Shown: positions 30,371 through 41,658, numbered from the stretch's first letter. The stretch is DNA of 64,000 bases from an uncultured Ectothiorhodospiraceae bacterium (GCA_964346755.1 CAYFWJ010000001.1:12046-76045); one strand, 5' to 3'. Notes: a model not told the origin generated them from the sequence alone. Program-made: numbers and translations.

Positions 30371-31196
30371 CTCGTATTGATCGCTTATCGGTGTCGCGAA
30401 TTTCGATCCGTTAACTCGGTCGTGCCGATTGCGACGATGGCTGGGGCTTCGGGCTCTATGAGGGGTATTGCAATTGCGCTGACGGATCCGAGGGCTTCGG
30501 GAACGCAGGAAGACCCTTCGTGTGGGATGCGGGCCGGTCGGGCGGTTTGGTTCAGCGGGCGGGATTTTGGATGACGAGGCGGGTGGCGCTCGAGTTTGGA
30601 GGCGTTGATCGTCGGGACGGCGATCACCGAGCCTCCAAGGATGGATCCACGGCGTCTCCCAACGGCGAGGTCCCGAATCCCCCACTGCCGGTGGGCCGAG
30701 CCCTCGGCGCTGCCGGAGCCGTGGCACAGGAGGTGTTGCGGTCGCGTACTCGGTGGGCCCATCGGCGGCGGGATCGCCGGCGAAAGACCGTCGTTGCGAG
30801 ACCGAGGTCATCGAGGGTTGATCTGGCGCGCGACCCGCCTGGGGGATACGTCGAGCCTTCGGGGCGGGATCCATCGGGTGACGCACCACGCCAATCCGAG
30901 CGCCCTCCTGCATCCCAGGGTGCAGGCCACCGCCGTGGATTAGCGGATCGAGAAATGGGCGTTGATCGACGGCTCGCGCCAGTCCTTGGGTCCGCCTGTC
31001 AAACTAGACCGTTCTGTGGCGGCGTAGGTCGAGTCCGGCCGGCTCGGGCGTCCGAAGGGCGGCTTCAGCAAGACGGGCCGGTATTCGTTGGGCACAGAAC
31101 CCGACGCGCGGGGTTTATGCCAGGGTCGGCAGGGCGGTCATAGGCCTTGCCGCTCGGGTTCGAGTTAATGACGAGCGGCAAGCGGGATAAATAATA

Positions 31197-31548
31197 AGGA
31201 GTTGGCCTGTAAGCCGGGTTCTGTCGAGAGCCATCATTCATCTGGGACCCGCGTTACCGCGAGCCTCAAGCGACCGACCCGGGTGCCGTGCGGGCCACAC
31301 GATCGCACCCCTATTTGGTCTTGCTCCGAGCGGGGTTTACCCTGCCGTGCCTGTTACCAGGCCCGCGGTGCGCGCTTACCGCACCTTTTCACCCTTACCT
31401 GTGCGCCCCGGGTCACGGGGGCCATCGGCGGTATGTTTTCTGTGGCACTTTCCGTCGGCTCGCGCCGCCCAGGCGTTACCTGGCGCTCTGCCCTAGGGAG
31501 CCCGGACTTTCCTCCACGTCCATGCAGCGATGGCTCGGCCAACTCCAA
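31197..31548 (-). ncRNA. rnpB: RNase P RNA, bacterial type A (M1 RNA)
   Basis: Reverse complement contains universally conserved P4/CR-I GGAAAGUCCGGGCUCC, AGGGCAG...GCCAGGUAACGCCUGGG, AGGUAAGGGUGAAA..GGUGCGGUAAG.GCGCACC, CR-V ACAGAACCCGGCUUA, and a 10-bp P1 helix (GGAGUUGGCC/GGCCAACUCC) defining the ends. Confidence 0.88.
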
Positions 31549-31579
31549 CCTAATTTGAGTGCAGGCAACGTCGGCGAGT

Positions 31580-32416
31580 TCATTCCGTATTGAGTTGCAG
31601 TGCGCGTTGATAGGCGGCATTGCGTGAGCAACCGCTAATCTCGGCGGCCACTCGGGCGGCGGTGCGAAGCGGGAGCTCCCGGACGAGGGGGCGGAGGATG
31701 CGGTCCAATGCCTCGTCGTCGTGACGTGATGCCGGGGTACGATCGCCGGCAATGACCAACACGTGCTCGCCACGGGTCTGATCGAGGCCCTCGGCCCGAG
31801 TCTGGAGCTCGCCGAGGGTGGCGCTATGCACCGTCTCATGGCGTTTCGTGAGTTCCCGTGCCCATGCCGCAGGGCGTTCGGCACCGAGTTCGGCGACCAG
31901 GTCGGCCAGGCTTGCCCGAATCCGGTGACTGGACTCCAAGAACACCATGGTGCGCGGTTCCGTCCGCAAGGCCGCGATATGGCGTCGACGCTGCTGAGGT
32001 TTGTGGGGGAGGAATCCCTCAAGACTGACCCGATCAACCGGTAAACCGCAGACGGATAGGGCGGCGACCAGGCTGCTCGGTCCCGGTATCGGGACGACTG
32101 AGTGGCCCGCGTGATGGGCCGCACGCACCAACGGGTAGCCAGGATCGTTAAGAACCGGCGTGCCCGCGTCGCTGACCAACGCGAGTCGTTGGCCCGCATC
32201 CAGATCAGCGATCAGGCCCGGGATTCGCTGCGTTTCATTAAAGATGTGATGGGAGATCAGGGGGGTGGCAATCCCGTAGTGGTTGAGCAGTTGGCGCGTC
32301 CGGCGTGTATCTTCGGCGACGACCCGATCAACGCACTCGAGGACGGATAGGGCGCGTCTCGAGATATCCTCAAGATGGCCGATCGGTGTTGCGACGACAT
32401 ACAAGATGCTGGTCAT
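31580..32416 (-). CDS. rsmI: 16S rRNA (cytidine1402-2'-O)-methyltransferase
   Basis: Tetrapyrrole-methylase-fold RsmI N-terminus (LYVVATPIGHLEDISRRALSVLECVDRVVAEDTRRT). Confidence 0.85.
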   Translation of the reverse strand: MTSILYVVATPIGHLEDISRRALSVLECVDRVVAEDTRRTRQLLNHYGIATPLISHHIFNETQRIPGLIADLDAGQRLALVSDAGTPVLNDPGYPLVRAAHHAGHSVVPIPGPSSLVAALSVCGLPVDRVSLEGFLPHKPQQRRRHIAALRTEPRTMVFLESSHRIRASLADLVAELGAERPAAWARELTKRHETVHSATLGELQTRAEGLDQTRGEHVLVIAGDRTPASRHDDEALDRILRPLVRELPLRTAARVAAEISGCSRNAAYQRALQLNTE

Positions 32417-32615
32417 GATCAGGTCCGGGGACTCTCAGCGGCCTGGGTCAGGAGGTGCGGCCTCGGTCTCCGTCGACCGAGGGATGCGTTGTTCGAACGT
32501 AGGTGCATGTCCCGAAGGGAGGCTCAAGGATTTCCCTGGGCAAAGCAATCGATTACAATTACGATGATTGATTGCGTTACATGCCCGGGTCTAATGAATA
32601 GGGGAGTGTGTTTGG

Positions 32616-33740
32616 ATGGCCAAGTCAAGTCATGAGCCCTTGGTCTGGTACCTTGAGGGTATGTTACAACCCGGTAAGCGCCTCCTGATACCGATCGAGC
32701 AAGATACCTTCAGCGTCGGCCGTGACGATGCGTGCGACCTGACCCTCGCCTCGAAGGACGTCTCACGGCGCCACGCCGAGGTCGTGCGAAGCGGTGAGGG
32801 GCTGACGATTCGGGACCTGGGGAGTACGAACGGGACCTTTGTGAATCGGGAGCGCCTCGGCCGTGGTAGTCGAGAGGTCCCGGTCGCCGAGGATGATATC
32901 GTCCACTTTGGGACCCTCGAATTTCGCGTGGCTCGTTATAGCGAGGCTGCGAAGCGTCCCTATTTAGCCGGTGACGATACGACGGCTTACAATCGGCGAG
33001 ACCTGCCTCAGCAGTTCGTTCAATGCGAGACCGAATTCTACGAGATGCTCGAGCAGCGGGCATTGACTGCGTTGTTCGAACCGGTCGCGCGGCTGAATGA
33101 TCGGCGGGGGCTAGGCCACCGTATGCTGCCGCGAGGCCGTCATGAGGGCGTTCCGCGTGATCCCTTCGAGTTGTTGGAGATCGCCCGTCGGTTGGGCCAT
33201 TCGCAGGAGCTAACCGAGCTCTTGCAGCAGCTCGGCCTTAATAAGGCGAAGGTCTTGCCGGACGCCGGCAAGCTCTTCGTTCCCCTGTATCCGAACGAGT
33301 GGGAGCTCAGGAGCTTTCTCAAGGGGGTGCAGAATGTGCGACGTCTTGCGGGTGACCTGGCCGTCGTTGCGACCATCGCAACCGATGTCTTCGAGGATTC
33401 GGCGCTGATGCGTCAGATTCGTGATACCTTTAGTCCCGGGAGCGGTTTGGAGCTCGCCTATGAAGGCTTTGGGGCAAGTCAGGACCAGCTCGACCAGCTC
33501 GCGAATGCGCCGCCTGAATACCTCCTCTTCGCACCGGATACTGTTCGTCAACTCGAGGACAAGCCGTCGGCGACCCAGAAGCGCTTGCGCCATTTGGTGA
33601 AGGGTGTTAGAGATCTCAAGGTTACGCCGGTGGCAACGGGTTTAGATACGAGCGTCACGGCCGCCGCCTGCCAGAAGCTCGGTTTCGAATATGGCGCGGG
33701 CACGCATCTCGGGGTTCCCTTCGCCCCGGAAGGCATTTAA
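32616..33740 (+). CDS. FHA-domain protein fused to a degenerate EAL (c-di-GMP phosphodiesterase-like) domain
   Basis: N-terminal FHA signature (FSVGRDDACDLTL...VSRRHAEV...GSTNGTFVN). C-terminal ~250 aa follows EAL domain topology (FEPV~YQPI; EGFGAS~DDFGTG; LLFAPD~LKIDKS; final E-G-x-E..Q..LGC-like block), but the EAL triad reads HRM and the DDFGTG motif is EGFGAS, so it is likely catalytically inactive. Confidence 0.6.
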   Translation: MAKSSHEPLVWYLEGMLQPGKRLLIPIEQDTFSVGRDDACDLTLASKDVSRRHAEVVRSGEGLTIRDLGSTNGTFVNRERLGRGSREVPVAEDDIVHFGTLEFRVARYSEAAKRPYLAGDDTTAYNRRDLPQQFVQCETEFYEMLEQRALTALFEPVARLNDRRGLGHRMLPRGRHEGVPRDPFELLEIARRLGHSQELTELLQQLGLNKAKVLPDAGKLFVPLYPNEWELRSFLKGVQNVRRLAGDLAVVATIATDVFEDSALMRQIRDTFSPGSGLELAYEGFGASQDQLDQLANAPPEYLLFAPDTVRQLEDKPSATQKRLRHLVKGVRDLKVTPVATGLDTSVTAAACQKLGFEYGAGTHLGVPFAPEGI

Positions 33741-33804
33741 CGAACTATTAACAAACTATTGCATCATCAAGCGATGGTGGGTATCATTCGAAGGATTAGA
33801 CTAG

Positions 33805-33879
33805 AGGCGCGTAGCTCAGTGGTAGAGCACCACCTTGACATGGTGGGGGTCGGTGGTTCAAGTCCACTCGCGCCTACCA
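33805..33879 (+). tRNA. tRNA-Val (anticodon GAC)
   Basis: Cloverleaf with 7-bp acceptor stem AGGCGCG/CGCGCCU, anticodon loop UUGACAU, T-loop GGUUCAAGUCC, 3' CCA encoded. Confidence 0.9.
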
Positions 33880-33889
33880 AACGGATCAA

Positions 33890-33918
33890 GCATCGCTTGC
33901 GCGGTGCTTTTTTTGTTT
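33890..33918 (+). terminator. Rho-independent terminator after tRNA-Val (GC hairpin GCAUCGC-UUGC-GCGGUGC followed by U7)
   Basis: Stem-loop with one mismatch immediately followed by TTTTTTT at 33908-33914, upstream of the thrS start. Confidence 0.5.
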
Positions 33919-33969
33919 CGAGCAACCGGTCGATGTCGGCCGATCCATCCGACGTCCGGAGTCAGCCCC

Positions 33970-35931
33970 ATGCCGGCAATACGTCTACCCGATGGGAGTA
34001 AACGACAGTATTCGCACGCGGTGACACCCGCGGAAGTTGCGGCCGATATCGGTTCGGGCTTGGCCCGTGCGACCGTAGCGGCGCGGGTCGATCAGCAGCT
34101 CGTCGATGCGTCGTACCCCATCACCGAAGACGCGCGTTTGGAATTGGTGACCGGGCGAGACGCGGAGGGATTGGAAGTCATTCGCCACTCGACGGCCCAC
34201 CTGCTGGCTCAAGCGGTCAAGGTGCTCTATCCAGAAGCACAGGTCACGATCGGGCCCGTTGTTGACGACGGTTTTTATTACGATTTCGCCGTCGATCGCT
34301 CCTTCACCCCCGAGGACCTCGAGGCGATCGAGGGGAAGATGCAGGAGCTCGCCGAGGCCGACCTCGAGGTTCAGCGCGAAGAGTGGCCCCGGGACGAAGC
34401 CATCCGTGCATTCGAGGGGATGGGTGAGCGCTACAAGGCCGAGATTATTCGAGACATACCCCAGGGCGAGACGATCTCGCTCTATCGACAAGGGGATTTC
34501 GTCGATCTCTGCCGGGGTCCCCATGTGCCATCGACGGGCCGGCTTGGCGCGTTCAAGCTCACCAAACTGGCGGGTGCGTATTGGCGAGGTGATCCGAACA
34601 ACGAGATGCTTCAACGCATTTACGGGACCGCCTGGCCCGATAAGAAGCAACTCAAGGCCTACCTCAAACGCCTCGAGGAGGCGGAAAAACGGGATCATCG
34701 GCGTCTGGGGAAACAGCTCGACCTCTTCCACTTCCAAGAAGAGGCGCCGGGTATGGTCTTTTGGCACCCAGCGGGTTGGCAGCTCTATCAGGCGGTCGAG
34801 GGGTATATTCGTCGACTGCTCGATGCCTATGAGTACCAAGAGGTCAATACCCCGCAGATATTGGATCGTAGTCTCTGGGAGCGCTCCGGGCACTGGCAGA
34901 AGTTTCACGACATGATCTTCGCCACCCACTCGGAGAACCGGGACTATGCGATCAAACCCATGAACTGTCCCGGTCATGTTCAGGTCTTCAATCAACGGCT
35001 GCGTAGCTATCGCGAACTGCCGTGGCGGATCTCGGAGTTCGGCATCGTGCACCGTAACGAGCCCTCGGGAACCTTGCACGGATTGCTTCGAGCGCGGCGC
35101 TTCACGCAAGATGATGCGCATGTCTTTTGCACCGAGGACCAGATCCAAGCCGAGGTGAGTACACTCATCGATATCACGTTCCGCGTTTATCGCGACTTCG
35201 GTTTCGATGATATCTCCATGGCGCTGTCGACACGGCCCGATCAACGGGTTGGTTCCGATGAGCTCTGGGATAAGGCGGAGGCCTCCTTGGAGCAGGCCCT
35301 CCGAGAGAAGGGGTTGGCGTTTACTCTGCAGCCGGGTGAAGGCGCGTTCTACGGTCCGAAGGTCGAGTTTGCGCTGCACGATTGTCTCGGACGCGTCTGG
35401 CAATGCGGAACGATCCAGGTTGACTTCTCGATGCCGGAGCGGTTGGACGCCGCCTACATCGGGGAAGACAGCCAGCGGCATACACCGGTCATGATCCACC
35501 GAGCGATTCTTGGGTCGCTGGAGCGCTTCATCGGTATCCTGATCGAGCATCATGCCGGGGCCTTGCCCACGTGGCTCGCACCGGTCCAGGCCATGGTCCT
35601 CAGTATTACTGATCGGCAAGCCGACTATGCCCAAGAAGTTCGGAACTCGCTGAAAACCTCCGGTTATCGGGTTGAGGCCGACTTGAGGAACGAGAAGATT
35701 GGATTTAAAATCCGCGAACATACACTCCAACGGGTGCCCTACTTGGTCATCGTGGGTGACCACGAGATGGAGTCCTCGACAATTGCGGTTCGGACTCGTG
35801 GCGGAGAGGACCTAGGACGCTGGAATCTTGACGATTTCAGACGCCACCTCGAGGAGGATTGTGGTTCGATGACGGACCGGTCGGACGCCTCCATGACGGG
35901 TGAACAGCAAGCGAGGGTCGCCCTATCGTAA
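33970..35931 (+). CDS. thrS: Threonine--tRNA ligase
   Basis: 653 aa from the internal ATG ([14 protein letters not shown], matching the TGS-domain N-terminus of ThrS); class II aaRS motifs. The track ORF is N-extended through the tRNA-Val gene. Confidence 0.95.
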   Translation: MPAIRLPDGSKRQYSHAVTPAEVAADIGSGLARATVAARVDQQLVDASYPITEDARLELVTGRDAEGLEVIRHSTAHLLAQAVKVLYPEAQVTIGPVVDDGFYYDFAVDRSFTPEDLEAIEGKMQELAEADLEVQREEWPRDEAIRAFEGMGERYKAEIIRDIPQGETISLYRQGDFVDLCRGPHVPSTGRLGAFKLTKLAGAYWRGDPNNEMLQRIYGTAWPDKKQLKAYLKRLEEAEKRDHRRLGKQLDLFHFQEEAPGMVFWHPAGWQLYQAVEGYIRRLLDAYEYQEVNTPQILDRSLWERSGHWQKFHDMIFATHSENRDYAIKPMNCPGHVQVFNQRLRSYRELPWRISEFGIVHRNEPSGTLHGLLRARRFTQDDAHVFCTEDQIQAEVSTLIDITFRVYRDFGFDDISMALSTRPDQRVGSDELWDKAEASLEQALREKGLAFTLQPGEGAFYGPKVEFALHDCLGRVWQCGTIQVDFSMPERLDAAYIGEDSQRHTPVMIHRAILGSLERFIGILIEHHAGALPTWLAPVQAMVLSITDRQADYAQEVRNSLKTSGYRVEADLRNEKIGFKIREHTLQRVPYLVIVGDHEMESSTIAVRTRGGEDLGRWNLDDFRRHLEEDCGSMTDRSDASMTGEQQARVALS

Positions 35932-35954
35932 TCCATTCTCTGTAGGAGGAATCG

Positions 35955-36500
35955 ATCATCGCCGCTGGAAGACGAGAACAGCGTCAACAAGAGACTCACC
36001 GGCGAAACGAGCATATCAAGGCGTCGGAATTACGTGTCGTCGACGCCGACGGAGAACAGGTCGGCATCGTTTCCCGCAGTGAGGCGCTGCAGATGGCCGA
36101 AGAGGCGGAGCTCGACCTCGTTGAAGTATCTCCCCAGGCCTCGCCACCGGTGTGTCGAATCATGGACTACGGAAAGTTCAAGTTCGAGCAGAGCAAAAAA
36201 GCGAATGCTGCTAAGAAAAAGCAGAAGCAGATGCAGGTCAAGGAGGTCAAGTTTCGCCCCGGTACCGATGAGGGCGATTACCAAGTTAAGCTCAAGAACG
36301 CCACGCGTTTCCTCGAGGAAGATGACAAAGTGAAGGTGACCTTGCGTTTCCGGGGGCGGGAGATGGCCCATCAGGACATTGGTCTCAAACAGCTTGCTCG
36401 TCTCGAACAGGATGTAGCTGAATATGGCACAGTCGAGCAGAGGCCGAAACTCGAGGGTCGCCAAATGACGATGGTCATTGCCCCAAAAAAGAAAAAATAG
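35955..36500 (+). CDS. infC: Translation initiation factor IF-3, with non-AUG (AUC) initiation codon
   Basis: The frame opens at the TAG at 35943. An AGGAGG SD at 35944-35949 is followed by in-frame ATC ATC at 35955 and 35958. The encoded N-terminal domain (…[21 protein letters not shown]) aligns with E. coli IF3 residues ~15-40; no ATG/GTG/TTG exists before residue ~47. Established IF3 autoregulation uses AUU/AUC-type starts. Confidence 0.8.
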   Translation: MIAAGRREQRQQETHRRNEHIKASELRVVDADGEQVGIVSRSEALQMAEEAELDLVEVSPQASPPVCRIMDYGKFKFEQSKKANAAKKKQKQMQVKEVKFRPGTDEGDYQVKLKNATRFLEEDDKVKVTLRFRGREMAHQDIGLKQLARLEQDVAEYGTVEQRPKLEGRQMTMVIAPKKKK

Positions 36501-36586
36501 GCGGGTCGAGCTTACCACGCCCAACCCTGGCCGCTGCGGGTTCCTCTCCGACCTTCACGGCCGAAAATCAGCAAACGGAGCAGGCT

Positions 36587-36784
36587 ATGCCGAAAATCAA
36601 GACGAAGAAATCAGCCGCTAAGCGGTTCGTCCGAACGGGCTCGGGTGGCTTCAAGCGTATCCAATCCCACCGGCGCCACATCCTGACGAAGAAAGATCGT
36701 AAGCGGAAACGTCATCTGCGCAGCCCGGCGCAGGTTCACGCGTGCGACGTGCGGTCGGTCGAGCAGATGTTGCCGTACGCCTAA
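36587..36784 (+). CDS. rpmI: 50S ribosomal protein L35
   Basis: [36 protein letters not shown]; 65 aa. Confidence 0.92.
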   Translation: MPKIKTKKSAAKRFVRTGSGGFKRIQSHRRHILTKKDRKRKRHLRSPAQVHACDVRSVEQMLPYA

Positions 36785-36820
36785 GCGAGTCAGGTTCACG
36801 CATCGGGAGAGGTTGAGTTT

Positions 36821-37249
36821 ATGCCACGGGTCAAACGCGGCGTTATCGCCCACGCGCGCCACAAAAAGGTGCGCGAGCAAGCGAAGGGTTATTACGGGGC
36901 CCGACGCAATGTGTTTCGGGTCGCCAATCAGGCGGTCATTAAGGCCGGTCAGTACGCCTACCGCGACCGGCGCCAGAAGAAACGCCAGTTCCGTTCTCTC
37001 TGGATCGTGCGGATCAACGCCCAGGCGCGCGAAAATGGTCTGTCGTACAGCCGACTGATCAACGGCCTCAAGAAGGCCTCGATCGAGATGGACCGGCGGG
37101 TGCTCGCCGACCTCGCCGTGCATGACAAAGAGGCCTTCAACGCCTTGGCTGCACAGGCTAAATCGGCACTCGAGGCCGACGATTCGGCTGAATGGGCCGA
37201 GCAGCGAGATCCCAAGATGGATCTCCAGGGTACCTCGACGCTGGCCTGA
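36821..37249 (+). CDS. rplT: 50S ribosomal protein L20 (with ~24-aa acidic C-terminal extension)
   Basis: [58 protein letters not shown]… 142 aa versus 118 in E. coli. Confidence 0.9.
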   Translation: MPRVKRGVIAHARHKKVREQAKGYYGARRNVFRVANQAVIKAGQYAYRDRRQKKRQFRSLWIVRINAQARENGLSYSRLINGLKKASIEMDRRVLADLAVHDKEAFNALAAQAKSALEADDSAEWAEQRDPKMDLQGTSTLA

Positions 37250-37351
37250 TCGGCCGCTTTCACCCCTTCCTTCTGTTACGACGCCTTCCTCAGGCTTGGG
37301 ATCCCCCGTTGTTGTCGCGTGTGTTGTCGCGTGGCCGCAACGGCTCGGTGA

Positions 37352-38413
<1,062 letters not shown>

Positions 38414-38473
38414 TCGATCGATCGGCGCGGGCGCCGTCTTGTACCACCACTGCATATTGCCATAGACGCCGTC

Positions 38474-40873
38474 ATGAGATTCAGTAAGCGCTGGCTTGAT
38501 GAACGATTCGACTCCGGGCTGTCGACGTCGGAGCTCGCCGATGCCCTGACGATGGCGGGGTTGGAGGTTGACGGCGTCGAACCGGCGGGCCCACCCCTCG
38601 ATGGCGTCCTCAGTGCTCGCGTCGTTCACCTCGAGCCCCACGGGGCGGCGGATTCGCTGAAGGTGTGTCAGGCGGACACGGGTGCGGGGGATTCGGTTAC
38701 CGTCGTCTGCGGGGCCGATAACGTCCGTACGGATATGATGGCCTGCCTCGTGACCCCGGGGACCTCGTTGCCTGATGGCCGGACCGTTGCCGTCACGAAC
38801 ATCCGGGGGGTGACAAGCCATGGGATGCTGGCCTCGGCGGCCGAGTTGGGTTTGGGGGATGACGATCGTGGTTTGCTCGAGTTGCCGGGGTCGGCGCCGG
38901 TGGGGGCGCAGCTGGCGGAGCTGCTCGGGTTGGACGATGCGGTCATCGAGGTGGACCTTACCCCCAATCGGGGGGACTGTCTCAGCATCGAAGGGATGGC
39001 CCGGGAGCTCGCGGCCATTACGCGACGACCGCTCCCGATGATTGAGTCGGTCACGGTCCCGCCCCAGGACTCGGACCGGATAACGGTCCACGTGGCGACC
39101 CCGGAAGCATGTCCTCGGTATCTTGGACGGATCATCACAGATATCGACGCGACTGCTTCGAGTCCGCTGTGGTTGACCGAGCGGCTTCGCCGCAGCGGTG
39201 TGCGTCCGGTTTCACTGGTCGTCGATATCACCAATTACGTCATGTTGGAGTTGGGGCAGCCCCTGCACGCCTTCGATCGACAGCGGATTGCGGGTGATAT
39301 CGCGGTTCGGTGGGCTCGACCGGACGAATCCGTGACGCTGTTGGGGGGGCAATCCCTGAGCTGTCGTGGCGACGAATTGGTGATTGCCGATACCCGGCAA
39401 GTGCTTGCCCTGGCCGGCGTCATGGGCGGAGCCGAGGCGGCCGTGACCGAGACGACGGGGACGGTGTTTCTCGAGAGCGCCCATTTCACACCGGTGGCAA
39501 TCGCAGGGCGGGCACGCCGATATGGCTTGCATACGGATGCGTCCCATCGCTTCGAGCGGGGTGTCGACCCCACCTTGCCGAGGCGGGCCTTGGAGCGGGC
39601 GAGCCAGTTGCTCGAGGCGATCGGTGGGGGGCGTTGCGGTCCAGTGATCGAGTCGGGCCGTGGGGGCGGGGATGACCCGCCGCGGGTTATCGAGTTGGCT
39701 CGCGCGACCCTGGATCAGCGTCTCGGCCTCGCGCTCGGTGATGGGGTTGTCCACGAGATCTTCGAGGGGCTTGGTGTTCGCTATGAATCCCGCCCTGCAG
39801 GGTGGCAGGTTGAGGTTCCGAGTCACCGTTTCGATTGGGAACACGAGGTGGATCTCGTCGAGGAAGTCGCTCGGCTCTACGGCTACAATCGGCTGCCGAT
39901 GCACGCGCCCACCGTCCCTGAAGTCGTCTCGCCACCCGCGGAGACCCATAATTCAGCCACCGCGATGCGTCGCTACCTTGTGGAGGCGGGTTACCACGAG
40001 GCGATCACCTATAGCTTTGTCGATTCGGCTTGGCACGAGGCCCTGCAGCCCCAGGAGGCCGAGGCTGTCACCCTGCGTAATCCCCTGTCCGCGGATCTTG
40101 CCGTCATGCGGACGAGCACGTGGGTCGGGCTGTTGCGGGCTGTCGCCCGCAACCTCAATCGTCAGCAGGAACGCATCCGTCTCTTCGAGTTGGGGCGCCG
40201 ATTCGAATGGGATCATGGGGGTGTCCGGGAGCATCCGGTCCTCGGAGGCGTGGCGACTGGGGCACGGACCCCGGAGCATTGGGACGTCCGCCCAGCCCCG
40301 GTTGATTTCTTCGACGTCAAAGGGGACTTGGAGCGCCTATTCCACGGCCTGGGACGGTCCGAGGCGCTTGTCTTTCAGCCGGCGACGCATCCCGCGCTCC
40401 ATGCGGGGCAAACGGCTCGCGTGCTGTTGGGCGGGGTGGCCTCGGAGACACCCCAAGCGATTGGTTGGTTGGGGCGGATCCATCCCCGCTTGGCGGAGCA
40501 GCTTGATTTGCCGGATGCGATCTATCTCTTCGAATTGGCGACCCAGGATCTGGGGATCCACCCGCTCCCGGTCTACCGCGACCTGTCGCGTTACCCGTCC
40601 GTGCGGCGGGATATAGCCGTTCGAGTGGAAACGGGTGTCAGCGCCGCCGAGCTCCTTCGCACGAGTCGCCTCCCTGAAGAGCCACGTCTCCGCGAGGTCC
40701 GCATCTTCGATGTCTATCGCGGTGCGGGCATCCCGGAGGGCTCGAAAAGCGTTGCCTTAGGGCTTATATTTCAAGATGTCGCACGTACACTTACGGACCG
40801 AGAAGTCGACGAACTGGTCGTCTCGGTGGTCGACCGGTTGCGGTCGCGGCTCGGTGCAACCTTGAGGGAATGA
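38474..40873 (+). CDS. pheT: Phenylalanine--tRNA ligase beta subunit
   Basis: 799 aa; tRNA-binding, B3/B4, B5 and anticodon-binding domain order typical of PheT. Confidence 0.92.
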   Translation: MRFSKRWLDERFDSGLSTSELADALTMAGLEVDGVEPAGPPLDGVLSARVVHLEPHGAADSLKVCQADTGAGDSVTVVCGADNVRTDMMACLVTPGTSLPDGRTVAVTNIRGVTSHGMLASAAELGLGDDDRGLLELPGSAPVGAQLAELLGLDDAVIEVDLTPNRGDCLSIEGMARELAAITRRPLPMIESVTVPPQDSDRITVHVATPEACPRYLGRIITDIDATASSPLWLTERLRRSGVRPVSLVVDITNYVMLELGQPLHAFDRQRIAGDIAVRWARPDESVTLLGGQSLSCRGDELVIADTRQVLALAGVMGGAEAAVTETTGTVFLESAHFTPVAIAGRARRYGLHTDASHRFERGVDPTLPRRALERASQLLEAIGGGRCGPVIESGRGGGDDPPRVIELARATLDQRLGLALGDGVVHEIFEGLGVRYESRPAGWQVEVPSHRFDWEHEVDLVEEVARLYGYNRLPMHAPTVPEVVSPPAETHNSATAMRRYLVEAGYHEAITYSFVDSAWHEALQPQEAEAVTLRNPLSADLAVMRTSTWVGLLRAVARNLNRQQERIRLFELGRRFEWDHGGVREHPVLGGVATGARTPEHWDVRPAPVDFFDVKGDLERLFHGLGRSEALVFQPATHPALHAGQTARVLLGGVASETPQAIGWLGRIHPRLAEQLDLPDAIYLFELATQDLGIHPLPVYRDLSRYPSVRRDIAVRVETGVSAAELLRTSRLPEEPRLREVRIFDVYRGAGIPEGSKSVALGLIFQDVARTLTDREVDELVVSVVDRLRSRLGATLRE

Positions 40874-40877
40874 ATCC

Positions 40878-41183
40878 ATGGCACTAACAAAAGCAACGAT
40901 GGCTGAGGCCCTCTTCGAAGAGTTGGGGTTGAATAAGCGAGAAGCAAAGGAGCTGGTCGAGACGTTCTTCGAAGAGATCCGCCTCTCGCTCGCAACGGGA
41001 GAAGAGGTCAAGCTCTCGGGGTTCGGCAATTTCACACTACGTGAGAAGAACGAGCGCCCCGGACGGAATCCCAAGACGGGGGAAGAGATCCCGATTAGCG
41101 CCCGGCGGGTTGTGACCTTTCGGCCGGGCCAAAAGCTCAAGGCACGTGTTGAGTGCTTCGAGAACGGTGATGACCCGGACTGA
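40878..41183 (+). CDS. ihfA: Integration host factor subunit alpha
   Basis: 101 aa HU/IHF fold ([18 protein letters not shown]...[41 protein letters not shown]). Confidence 0.92.
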   Translation: MALTKATMAEALFEELGLNKREAKELVETFFEEIRLSLATGEEVKLSGFGNFTLREKNERPGRNPKTGEEIPISARRVVTFRPGQKLKARVECFENGDDPD

Positions 41184-41547
41184 GGAACTCCCGGCTATCC
41201 CGGGCAAGCGCTATTTCACGATCGGCGAGGTCAGCGACCTGTGCGACCTCAAACCCCACGTGTTGCGTTACTGGGAACAGGAGTTCGAGCAGCTTCGCCC
41301 CGTCAAACGGCGGGGCAATCGGCGTTACTATCAACACGAGGATGTGCTCTTGATCCGCGAGATCCGGCGGCTGCTCTATGAGAAGGGGTTCACGATCTCT
41401 GGCGCGCGCCAACAGCTGATCGAAGGGCCCGATGATGAGCTCGGTGAAACGGCCGCCTATGAACTCGCCCGTGAGTTGCGTGGGGAATTGGAGGCCGTGC
41501 TCGAGCTCTTGAGGGCCGAAGAACCCCGTGACAAGCCTTTGCCCTGA
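41170..41547 (+). CDS. MerR-family transcriptional regulator (conserved partner downstream of ihfA)
   Basis: [28 protein letters not shown]; overlaps the ihfA 3' end by 14 nt; followed by tRNA-Pro as in Pseudomonas. Confidence 0.7.
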   Translation: MTRTEELPAIPGKRYFTIGEVSDLCDLKPHVLRYWEQEFEQLRPVKRRGNRRYYQHEDVLLIREIRRLLYEKGFTISGARQQLIEGPDDELGETAAYELARELRGELEAVLELLRAEEPRDKPLP

Positions 41548-41581
41548 TCTCAAGGCATGTTAACCTTGTTGGTCTCGTTAT

Positions 41582-41658
<77 letters not shown>

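Noticed and set aside
30302-31143. ORFs 30520..31143(+, 207 aa), 30302..30913(-, 203 aa), 30385..30762(-) in the Pmra-rnpB gap
   Set aside because: Translations are Arg/Gly/Pro-rich with no hydrophobic core, no RBS context, and the frames overlap each other. Treated as non-coding (see finding); a decayed pseudogene cannot be excluded without blastx
31085-31150. Plus-strand stretch 'gggcacagaacccgacgcgcgggg...' resembling the CR-V/P1 3' end (ACAGAACCCGGCUUA) of RNase P RNA, as if a second, inverted rnpB fragment
   Set aside because: Only a ~10-nt match (acagaacccg); none of the other universally conserved RNase P blocks (GGAAAGUCCGG, AGGGCAG, GGUAAGGGUGAAA) occur nearby in that orientation; judged coincidental
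31202-32199. ORFs 31202..31558(+), 31288..31593(+), 31354..32199(-) over the rsmI-mraZ interval
   Set aside because: The interval is fully explained by the RNase P RNA gene on the minus strand plus rsmI; the ORFs have no protein-like composition
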